A stretch of DNA of 32,000 nt from NCBI RefSeq assembly GCF_021054785.1, contig NZ_CP088239.1, positions 90,001 through 122,000 of the forward strand, read 5' to 3'. The notes below the pieces were generated by a model. It was not told where the DNA came from, ran no database searches, and saw only the letters and a list, made by a program, of their open reading frames with translations. How positions within the stretch are numbered: position 1 is the stretch's first letter; the number at the start of each line of letters is the position of its first letter. This DNA comes from Tannockella kyphosi. GTDB lineage: Bacteria > Bacillota_I > Bacilli_A > Erysipelotrichales > Coprobacillaceae. The position numbers and the translations under genes were made by a program. Positions 24,177-32,000 of this stretch are shown here, one piece after another.

Positions 24177-25049
24177 ATGGAACTAGAGATAAGAGGGGTT
24201 AGTAAACAATATCATAATAAATTAGCATTATGTAATTTTTCTATCGTTATGGAAGAAGGTATCTATGCTCTTCTTGGACCTAATGGTGCAGGGAAAAGTA
24301 CGTTGATGAACATTCTTGCGGGATGTTTGGATAAAACAAATGGAGAAATATTAATAGATGGGCAAGACTTAGAAAAACGACTATTTAAAAATATCGCTTA
24401 TATGCCTCAACACCAACAACTGTATGAGGATTTTACAGGACAAGAACTAATGGAATATTTTTCGTTGTTAAAAGGAATGAATAAAAAAGAAGCTAGTAAA
24501 GAAATAGAGAGATATCTAAAAGATGTCGGTTTATATGAGCAAAAGGATATGCTTATTAAAGCTTATTCTGGAGGAATGAAACAACGTATTTTATTTGCTG
24601 CAACTCTTTTAAATAATCCTAAGATACTTATTTTAGACGAAGTAACTGCTGGAATGGATCCAATGCAAAGATTACAAATATTAAATATATTATCTATGTT
24701 TTCTAAAGATAAAATTATTTTATTTGCAAGTCATGTATTATCGGACATAGAAATGATTGCAACGCATTTTATTTTTCTAAAAGAAGGAAAAATTATTGTA
24801 GAAGATACAATGGATGGTATCTTACAAAATTTTGATAAATATGTTTATGAAAAAGAAATAAATTTTCAAGAAGCAGACTTTTTCCAAAAGAAACATCTTT
24901 GTACAAGAGTAAAAAAAGTGAGTAATCAAACATGCTTAGTTCGCTTCTTAAGCGATATACCAAAGGAAAACTATCCTTTAAAAGATGTAGAACTAGAAGA
25001 TGTTTATGTATCTTATTTCTTTGAGGAAATTCAAGATGTTTCGCTATGA
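24177..25049 (+). CDS. ABC transporter ATP-binding protein (paralog of 9449-10318)
   Basis: Walker A 'GPNGAGKST', signature 'YSGGMKQR', Walker B 'ILILDEVTAGMD', H-loop 'ASHV'. Confidence 0.9.
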   Translation: MELEIRGVSKQYHNKLALCNFSIVMEEGIYALLGPNGAGKSTLMNILAGCLDKTNGEILIDGQDLEKRLFKNIAYMPQHQQLYEDFTGQELMEYFSLLKGMNKKEASKEIERYLKDVGLYEQKDMLIKAYSGGMKQRILFAATLLNNPKILILDEVTAGMDPMQRLQILNILSMFSKDKIILFASHVLSDIEMIATHFIFLKEGKIIVEDTMDGILQNFDKYVYEKEINFQEADFFQKKHLCTRVKKVSNQTCLVRFLSDIPKENYPLKDVELEDVYVSYFFEEIQDVSL

Positions 25050-26964
25050 GATAAAAAAATGTACAAAGAATACAGCCTTTAAAAGTATTTGGTTTTTATT
25101 GTGTTTGTTTGCAATTATCATGATATTCCTAGATGCCAAAGATTATCAGAAATATCTTTTAATCGAAGATAATTTTGAATATTTAGAGGTATTAGAAGAT
25201 TATGATACGTATCAAGAACAAATAACAAGTCAATTAGAGAGTAATCAATTAATGTTGGGTGGATCACTATTTCAAACTAGCAACCAGTATTTAAATGAGT
25301 ATGTCACAAACTATGAAAATTATTATAACAAACTTATTGATTATTCTTTTGAATATGTTGAGAATTTAGCCTATAGTATGATTTTAACAAATCATATACC
25401 AATTTATATTACCTTTATTTTTATTGTTTATATGGCAGCGTATTTATTCTTAAAAGAAAAAGAAAACAAGATTAGTGATGTTTTATGTAGCTATCCTAGA
25501 TATCTACAAAAACATCAGTATCATAAATTACTTGCAATACTAATTCTATCTATAGGTACCTTTCTATTCTTAGAAGCAGTAAAGTTTATGATAGCACTAA
25601 GGATGTTAGATATATCTTCGTTTCAAGGATATATACAAGGTGTTAAAGAATATTTATATTGTCCTTTTTCATGGATGATAGGGACTACTATATTTGTTCA
25701 ATTTATTTTGGTGATAGGGATACTTGTTGTTAGTAGTGTAGTAATAAGTGCACTTGTAAATAGAGTGAATAAGTCTATTCTCTTTTATATGAGTGTTACT
25801 TTATTTGTCATCATGGAGTTTCTTTTCTATTTTTATATACCAAATGACTCTGTTTATATCTTTTTCAAGGTTATCAATATTGTAACAATACTTGATATTA
25901 GTAATTTGTTTACTAATTATTATTGTTTTAATTTATTTAATCACTGTATTCTTTATTATCAAGCGATTTGTGTTTTTTTAGGTATCGTGTTCCTACTTTC
26001 AGGATGCTTACTTACAAGAAAAAGTGCGGTGAACAAACAAACAAAACATAAGATAATGAAGATAAAAATAAAGAATAGTATGTTATCTTTTTATGAGATA
26101 AAAAAAGCAATGATTATTAAAAAGGGATTTCTTGTGTTGTTGTTAATAATCATTTATCAAGGATATGCGATAACACATTATGAAGTATATCAAAATCTAG
26201 AAGATTATTATGTACAATTATTTTCTCTTGATTTACAAGGAGATATTGGAGAATCTCAAGAGAACTACTTTTTAGAAACAGAGGAATACTATCAAAGTCT
26301 AGTAAATAATATGATGGAACTAGACGAGCTCTATCAAAATGGAGAATTGGATTTAGCAACATACTATTCATCATATGAAGCTAGTAAGTTAAAATTAGAA
26401 TCAAAAGCATATTATGAAGATGTAAAAGAAAGCTATGAATATGCGGTGAGTGAGGGGAAAACACAGTTTATTTATGAACAAGGATATGTAGAAGCTTTTT
26501 TAGAAAAAGATGTTCTTATACAAAATATTGTATTGATGTTAATTCCTTTATCTTTGATTATTGGGATGTATGCAACTTATGATAATAGAATTAAGATGAA
26601 TAATCTTATTATGCTTTATGAAACTAAAAAAGATCGAGTAAAAAATATTCAAAGAAATATATGCATCCTTATTTCAGTGTTTTTATATCATCTAATCTTT
26701 GTAATAAATAGTTTTCAAATATTAAATTATTTCCAAGCAACACAATATAGCTTTTTAGTAACCAATTTACTATGTTTCAATCTTCCTGTTTCTATATCAA
26801 TTGCTACATTATTATTTATTTTATATGGACTAGGAATCATGTTATCTATGTTAGTAGCTATGTTGTTCTATTGGATAGCTAAAAAGTACAGAAACCCTAT
26901 AAATGCAATATTTATTTTATTAATGATGGTTGTATTAGTAATATTGTTTATATGGATATTATAG
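25036..26964 (+). CDS. Double-length ABC-2-type permease (two fused P1/P2-like halves)
   Basis: The first half starts 'MFRYEIKKC' (ATG 25036 after GAGGAA). The second half starts in frame at 26080 as 'MLSFYEIKKAM', with no SD. Each half has 1 TM, then a Y/E-rich loop, then about 5 TMs. Confidence 0.75.
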   Translation: MFRYEIKKCTKNTAFKSIWFLLCLFAIIMIFLDAKDYQKYLLIEDNFEYLEVLEDYDTYQEQITSQLESNQLMLGGSLFQTSNQYLNEYVTNYENYYNKLIDYSFEYVENLAYSMILTNHIPIYITFIFIVYMAAYLFLKEKENKISDVLCSYPRYLQKHQYHKLLAILILSIGTFLFLEAVKFMIALRMLDISSFQGYIQGVKEYLYCPFSWMIGTTIFVQFILVIGILVVSSVVISALVNRVNKSILFYMSVTLFVIMEFLFYFYIPNDSVYIFFKVINIVTILDISNLFTNYYCFNLFNHCILYYQAICVFLGIVFLLSGCLLTRKSAVNKQTKHKIMKIKIKNSMLSFYEIKKAMIIKKGFLVLLLIIIYQGYAITHYEVYQNLEDYYVQLFSLDLQGDIGESQENYFLETEEYYQSLVNNMMELDELYQNGELDLATYYSSYEASKLKLESKAYYEDVKESYEYAVSEGKTQFIYEQGYVEAFLEKDVLIQNIVLMLIPLSLIIGMYATYDNRIKMNNLIMLYETKKDRVKNIQRNICILISVFLYHLIFVINSFQILNYFQATQYSFLVTNLLCFNLPVSISIATLLFILYGLGIMLSMLVAMLFYWIAKKYRNPINAIFILLMMVVLVILFIWIL

Positions 26965-26976
26965 AAAGGATCTATT

Positions 26977-28458
26977 ATGAAAAAGATATATATAATCACA
27001 ACACTATTTTGTAGTATTTTATTATTATCAGGATGTTCTGATGATACCAAACAAACCTTAGTTATCTATGCCTATAATCCTTTTCCAGATGAACAAATAA
27101 GCACAGAACAAATAGATGCAATCAATGACTATTTAGATTCTTTAGGAAAAGACTATGAAGTAGAGTATCGTGAGGTAGTGGGAAGTTATGAGCAGTTATT
27201 AGATGTAACAGAATACTCACAAGAAATGATGGATGATATGCTTATTAATGGAACGGAGTATTACGTTTTAAAAGAGGATTATTCAACAACACAAAGTGTT
27301 TTAGAATCACAAGAAACAGTACACTTATATCAAATGGGTTACTTTGGTTTTGATGATATTGAAGAAACAAATCTAGTTGATGCAGGGTTAGTTATTAATT
27401 TAGAAGAAATATTAGAAACAGAACAGGGTCAAGTTATCTATGATAGTTATCCTGAACTTGTATGGGATTCTATTAAAATAGACGAGGAAATATACTCGAT
27501 ACCTTCACTGCTTAATTACACAGTAACAAATGCTATGGATAGCTATGATAGTGAATATTATTATCTTGCATTTAATAAAGAGATGTGTGATGAGTTAGGA
27601 TTAGATCCCTCTTCTTGGGATTATAAAATATACGAACATGGTGATGAGTTAATAGATGCTTTGAATCAATTAAGTACGGATGTTTTATATGAAACATTCA
27701 GTTCAGCTGACTTTCAGTCTATTTTCCCATACCTTACTCCTTTAAATGGGACCTTTGATGCATCTCCTTTTGTAGTAGATGAACGTACAGGAACAATAGA
27801 GCTATTAATAGATTGCCAAGAGTATGTAGCGATGTTTGAATTTTTTGATGAAATAAGAGAAGGGGTTACTAATTATCCATCTAATAGTTATGTAGCACCT
27901 CAAGAATCAGTAACTCCACTTTTTGAAGTAGGTGTGTATAAAACAAATGAAAATAGTGATGACTACTATTTTATTGAAAATGATAGTTATTATTTGAATC
28001 AATTGACTTATCGTTCTACTGCAATAGCTTCTTCTAATGATAATATGGAAGATACGTTAGATTATTTATACTTACTGTCTAGTGATGAAACACTAGTATC
28101 TCTCTTACTGGCAATGTATGATGATGGTACTTTAGGTGACTATGGATTAGGTAATAGTTACTTAATAGAAGAGGATATTAATAATCTTTTAACAACACCA
28201 TATCCAGAGAACTTTAGTGTAGAAAGTCATAGTGAGTATTTAGAAACCTTTGAATTATCAACAATATTTAATCAAACAATTTGTTATGATGATTATCTAG
28301 ATGAATTACTCCCATATTTACCATATCATTATTTTCTGATACCAGGTTCTTATGAATCTTCAAGTGGTGATTGGATAGATGTTGATAAATATAATAACTA
28401 TATGGATATTGATTTATTGTATGAAATTAGAGATTATTTAAATCTTTGTATCGACTAA
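26977..28458 (+). CDS. Large acidic lipoprotein (possibly solute-binding-protein-like)
   Basis: 'MKKIYIITTLFCSILLLSGC'. The 470-aa D/E/Y-rich mature domain carries no firm motif. Confidence 0.7.
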   Translation: MKKIYIITTLFCSILLLSGCSDDTKQTLVIYAYNPFPDEQISTEQIDAINDYLDSLGKDYEVEYREVVGSYEQLLDVTEYSQEMMDDMLINGTEYYVLKEDYSTTQSVLESQETVHLYQMGYFGFDDIEETNLVDAGLVINLEEILETEQGQVIYDSYPELVWDSIKIDEEIYSIPSLLNYTVTNAMDSYDSEYYYLAFNKEMCDELGLDPSSWDYKIYEHGDELIDALNQLSTDVLYETFSSADFQSIFPYLTPLNGTFDASPFVVDERTGTIELLIDCQEYVAMFEFFDEIREGVTNYPSNSYVAPQESVTPLFEVGVYKTNENSDDYYFIENDSYYLNQLTYRSTAIASSNDNMEDTLDYLYLLSSDETLVSLLLAMYDDGTLGDYGLGNSYLIEEDINNLLTTPYPENFSVESHSEYLETFELSTIFNQTICYDDYLDELLPYLPYHYFLIPGSYESSSGDWIDVDKYNNYMDIDLLYEIRDYLNLCID

Positions 28459-28575
28459 AATAACAAGACTTTTTTCAAATAAATATTGCTTTATTATAGG
28501 GGATTTTGAGTACCAAATAATAGGTAATTATGCAGTTAGTGTATTTCTATAAGTGATGTATGTAAGGAGATAAAA

Positions 28576-30651
28576 ATGTTAAAAGGGACTGTACGTATTT
28601 CATATCAGAAACGAATACTTTTAGAGTCTTCATCTTTTGAAGCAAAAAAAGGTCAAATAACAACAATAGTAGGTTATAGTGGATGTGGTAAATCCACTAT
28701 TTTAAAAGCATTGCAACGATTAAATAATTTTGTAAGTGATTATTCTATTGATGGACAAGATGTGGATAGCAATACAAATTTATCTGCTTATTTGATAAGT
28801 GTTTTTCAAAAACCAAGCTTTATAGAAGATTTAACAATCAAGGAACAAATAGCTTTTCTTTATCAAACAGAAAGTCAAGATATGTATAAATGGGCTAAAA
28901 AGCTTACTATTATTGATTGTCTTGATAAGTATCCAAGACAATTATCAGGGGGGCAACAAATACGAGTAGCATTACTAATTGGATTATTAAAAAATGCTCC
29001 TTATATGTTGTTAGATGAACCTACAGCATCTTTAGATAAAGAGAACAAACAAGCAGTGATACGAGTTTTACAAGAATACGCAAATTTAGGTAACTGCGTT
29101 ATTTTATCAACACATGATAGTTATATTTATGATAAAGCTAATGTTGTTTATGTTTTTGAAAATAAGAAATTGATAAAACAAAAAGATGATTTTTTACAAG
29201 AAAGTAATTGTGAAATAACTACTAGAGTTAAAAGTAGAAAAAAGCGAAAATATTATTTTTCAAAATTATTAAATAGAAAAAAAACAGAGCATAGATACCT
29301 TACTGGTTTTACTATTTTATCCCTGTTTCTTTTAGTATTCACCCTTCAATATGGAAATATAATAATTGCAAATCAAAATAATGCATTAAGTGCATTGTCA
29401 TCAAAAGAAATTATCGTATCTATTCCTAATAGTGGTATCATTGATAATTCCATCAATCCGACTACAGGAGCTGCAACTCTAGAAAAAGAAGATATAGAAT
29501 TCTTAGAAAGCATAGAAGGAGTAGAGGAGGTAGAATGGAGATTTCAGACGTATTCTTCGGAGACTTTTTTTTCTTTAGAATATAATAATGATGATTTTGA
29601 AAAAATAATAGAATCTAATACGATTATCAAATTTCAAAATTCACAAGAAATAAGTAGCAGTGAAAGTTATTTTCAGTCTGTTTATTACAATCAGATAAGT
29701 TATGATACAGATGTACTTTATCAATTCCAAGAGGAAGGAGTATATCTTTCAAATGAGTTTGCATCTTTATTTAGTGAGGACCTGACAAGTTTTGAAGGAG
29801 CTACTATCGAAATAGATTTATTCATACCAGTATATAATTCTATTGGTAAAGTTTATTCAATGATAGAAGGGACTCCCTTTTATGTAGAAATGGACTCTAT
29901 TATCAAGCAGAGAGTTACGTTAGAAATAGCTGGAATTCTAACGGGGAGTAATATGGGTATTGAAACGATTTATAGTAACCCAATATATGTATCCCAAGAA
30001 ACCCTTTCAAAGTATATTGCAGAAAATCAAAGAGATGAAGAAATAATAACTTATGTAAAAACAATTGATGAAGATAGCTCAATTAGTGTGATTAAATCTT
30101 TAGATCCTTTTGAAGGATATGAACGTGTTGTTGTTGAAACAGGTCCTTGGGAACCTTCATTATATACTATTATTTGTGAAAGTGTTGTTGATGTACCAGA
30201 AGTAACTGAAATTCTAAATGAAGCAGGTTTTAATGCATATAGTAGTTGGAGTGAAGTAAGTAGTTTGTATGATATGGAAGAGAACAATAATTCGATAGTA
30301 AGTATTTTCTTGGCTATTTGTGCAGTTGTTATCCTTATTGTAAATATTGGAATTAAGGCAAATAATCGAAAAGATGAAAAAAGTTATAGTCAGTTTTTAT
30401 TTGATCAATTATATTCAAAGCAAGAAATAAGGATGATAAAGATACGAAAACACATGTATTTCTTTTTTTGCAGAACAATTCAAGCAATTATTTCTATCTC
30501 GTGTTTTATTACATTCCTTAGTTATACTACCTACTTGCCTATAGAAATAAATAAAATAACGGTTCTAATGATAGTAACGATTTTATTTGTTTTAGAGGTT
30601 GTAGTCCCATTAATCGTAGAAGGGAAGATAAAAAATGATAAAGTTAACTAA
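28576..30651 (+). CDS. MacB-like fused ABC ATPase-permease (N-terminal NBD, TM1, large extracytoplasmic domain, 3 C-terminal TMs)
   Basis: Walker A 'GYSGCGKST', signature 'LSGGQQIR', Walker B 'MLLDEPTASLD', H-loop 'STHD'. TM 'LTGFTILSLFLLVFTL', then roughly 300 aa soluble, then three TMs. SD AAGGAG. Confidence 0.8.
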   Translation: MLKGTVRISYQKRILLESSSFEAKKGQITTIVGYSGCGKSTILKALQRLNNFVSDYSIDGQDVDSNTNLSAYLISVFQKPSFIEDLTIKEQIAFLYQTESQDMYKWAKKLTIIDCLDKYPRQLSGGQQIRVALLIGLLKNAPYMLLDEPTASLDKENKQAVIRVLQEYANLGNCVILSTHDSYIYDKANVVYVFENKKLIKQKDDFLQESNCEITTRVKSRKKRKYYFSKLLNRKKTEHRYLTGFTILSLFLLVFTLQYGNIIIANQNNALSALSSKEIIVSIPNSGIIDNSINPTTGAATLEKEDIEFLESIEGVEEVEWRFQTYSSETFFSLEYNNDDFEKIIESNTIIKFQNSQEISSSESYFQSVYYNQISYDTDVLYQFQEEGVYLSNEFASLFSEDLTSFEGATIEIDLFIPVYNSIGKVYSMIEGTPFYVEMDSIIKQRVTLEIAGILTGSNMGIETIYSNPIYVSQETLSKYIAENQRDEEIITYVKTIDEDSSISVIKSLDPFEGYERVVVETGPWEPSLYTIICESVVDVPEVTEILNEAGFNAYSSWSEVSSLYDMEENNNSIVSIFLAICAVVILIVNIGIKANNRKDEKSYSQFLFDQLYSKQEIRMIKIRKHMYFFFCRTIQAIISISCFITFLSYTTYLPIEINKITVLMIVTILFVLEVVVPLIVEGKIKNDKVN

Positions 30652-32000
30652 TATTCATATAGAGTTTGATAAAGTATTACTAGATAATGAAAACTTAGAA
30701 ATATATGATCATGAAATAACCCTACTTTATGGAAAAAGTGGTTCAGGTAAAACAACATTGTTGTATCGTGTTGGATTACTATCATCCAATGAGCAAGAGT
30801 ATATATATAAGGATATTGATATAACTCATTTTAGTGACAAACAAAAAAGTAATCTAAGACAAATGAATATAGGATATGTTATACAAGAGAGTAGTCTGTT
30901 TGAACAATATGATGTGCTTGGTAATATGAAACTGTGTGCTAGTTTTACAGGTAAATCATACACAAAAGAAGAATATCAAAAAATCCTAGATAAATTACGC
31001 TTGGAAATTGAGTTTGAACAACCTATACAAACTTTATCTGGGGGAGAAAAACAACGATTAGCTATTGCATGTGCATTATGCAAAGATGTGGAAATTTTAA
31101 TATTAGATGAACCAACGAGTGCTTTAGACAGTTATAATGCACAAATAATCTTCGAAATACTAGAGGAATTAAAAAAAGAAAAAACGATTCTATTAGTAAG
31201 TCATGATGATCGTGCTAAAGAATATTCTGATCGCATTTATAATCTGGAAGATAAACACTTGTATTTAGAAAAGGAAACTAGTGCAAAAAGTGAAATGAGA
31301 TTAACAAAACTTAAGTATACGTATGCCTTTACTTTTTATAAAAAATATATCAGTTATTTTTTTAATGCATATAAGGGATTTAGTTTATTTATGACATGTT
31401 TATTTTTTCTATCTTCTTTTTTAGTATGTAGTTCATTGCTTTATATTGATGAGTTGACAAATGAGAATATACAACTTATCAAGGATACATCCATCAATCA
31501 ATTGTTTGTGCAAGTAGATAATGAGACGCTAGATTACCTAGAAAATAGTGATTACGTAGAAAGAATCTATCCTTATACAGAGATGAAAGTAGGCGTAGAC
31601 GGAACATATTATGATGTATATCCTTATTATAATCAAGATAGTGTTATTGATTCCTTAGAAGTAAAGCTAAATAATGAAGGGGATACTTATACTAGCAGTG
31701 AGGTGTACAAAAGTATCTTTAATTCAACTCAATCTACTAGTGAGGTAATGACCTTTGATTTTGTTGTACAAGTGGATGATGAATTTGTTGAGTTTGAATA
31801 CGACATAGAAGTAGGAGGTTTTTTAAAAGAAAGTACAAACAGTTATTATGGGAGTGATGACTTCCTTTATGTATCAGAGGAGCTTTTTCAAGAGTTAATG
31901 GATTTGAGTGGAGTACAAACATATGAATACTATACTGTATTTACTACGGACTATGATGCATTAATTTTCACTATTCATATTTTTGAGGAAAATAATTTGT
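30635..32000 (+). CDS. Second MacB-like fused ABC ATPase-permease, 3' end outside the window (not in the ORF track)
   Basis: My hand translation from the ATG at 30635 is open to nt 32000: 'MIKLTNIHIEF...GKSGSGKTT...LSGGEKQRLAIA...ILILDEPTSALD...VSHD', then TM 'GFSLFMTCLFFLSSFLVCS' and an extracytoplasmic domain. It overlaps the upstream stop by 17 nt. Confidence 0.8.
   Translation, partial: MIKLTNIHIEFDKVLLDNENLEIYDHEITLLYGKSGSGKTTLLYRVGLLSSNEQEYIYKDIDITHFSDKQKSNLRQMNIGYVIQESSLFEQYDVLGNMKLCASFTGKSYTKEEYQKILDKLRLEIEFEQPIQTLSGGEKQRLAIACALCKDVEILILDEPTSALDSYNAQIIFEILEELKKEKTILLVSHDDRAKEYSDRIYNLEDKHLYLEKETSAKSEMRLTKLKYTYAFTFYKKYISYFFNAYKGFSLFMTCLFFLSSFLVCSSLLYIDELTNENIQLIKDTSINQLFVQVDNETLDYLENSDYVERIYPYTEMKVGVDGTYYDVYPYYNQDSVIDSLEVKLNNEGDTYTSSEVYKSIFNSTQSTSEVMTFDFVVQVDDEFVEFEYDIEVGGFLKESTNSYYGSDDFLYVSEELFQELMDLSGVQTYEYYTVFTTDYDALIFTIHIFEENNL

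Noticed and set aside
5202-25035. Upstream extensions of track ORFs (starts 3174, 5202, 5791, 6322, 6683, 9425, 10293, 16109, 23066, 25000)
   Set aside because: In each case a downstream start is preceded by a proper SD and gives a canonical N-terminus: a signal peptide, a receiver domain, an ABC beta-strand, or the YExKK permease start.
23532-31922. Minus-strand ORFs 23532-23888, 26150-26374, 26868-27050, 30051-30287 and 31737-31922
   Set aside because: All are antisense to plus-strand genes that have signal peptides or ABC motifs.
1-32000. CRISPR arrays, rRNA/tRNA genes, known riboswitches in the long leaders (13576-13849, 22428-23101)
   Set aside because: I saw no regularly spaced direct repeats and no rRNA- or tRNA-like conserved blocks. 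I could not recognise any riboswitch consensus by eye. A covariance-model scan (Rfam) would be needed to exclude structured RNAs.

Overview
This is a visibly AT-rich, Bacillota-style chromosomal accessory region with Gram-positive lipoboxes and strong GGAGG-type ribosome-binding sites. I cannot assign a taxon by eye, and no search tools were used. All family names come from motifs I read in the translations.

Gene content, left to right:
- A 5'-truncated membrane sensor with a degenerate GGDEF and an intact EAL domain.
- A convergent Sir2-family deacylase.
- An IS110-family insertion sequence with a structured upstream leader, which is a bridge-RNA candidate.
- A DUF2500-like gene and a run of small lipoprotein/membrane genes, including a membrane-anchored HMA metal-binding protein.
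- Cassette 1 (7.3-13.3 kb): two lipoproteins, an ABC ATPase, and two permeases, the second fused to a lipoprotein-like beta-propeller domain.
- A small ABC-2 transporter whose ATPase has non-canonical Walker A and signature motifs.
- A LytTR regulator and an AgrC-like kinase on the minus strand, separated by an oppositely oriented membrane-protein gene.
- A decayed mobilisation module: a relaxase and an XRE repressor, each frameshifted at a 6-nt homopolymer (A6 on the coding strand), plus a cluster of palindromes.
- Cassette 2 (20.5-28.5 kb): a LytTR regulator, a kinase-like membrane protein that appears to lack the phospho-His, N-box Asn and G-box, a beta-propeller-like lipoprotein, an ABC ATPase, a double-length permease and a lipoprotein.
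- Two tandem MacB-like fused ATPase-permease genes; the second runs off the window.

The best candidate for an undescribed system is the pair of diverged paralogous LytTR-linked ABC/lipoprotein cassettes. They show reciprocal gene fusion and fission. A 65-bp promoter plus 5-codon relic of the regulator gene (62/65 identical) sits in front of cassette 1, which has no regulator. The function of these cassettes cannot be inferred from sequence alone. I saw no rRNA, tRNA or CRISPR.
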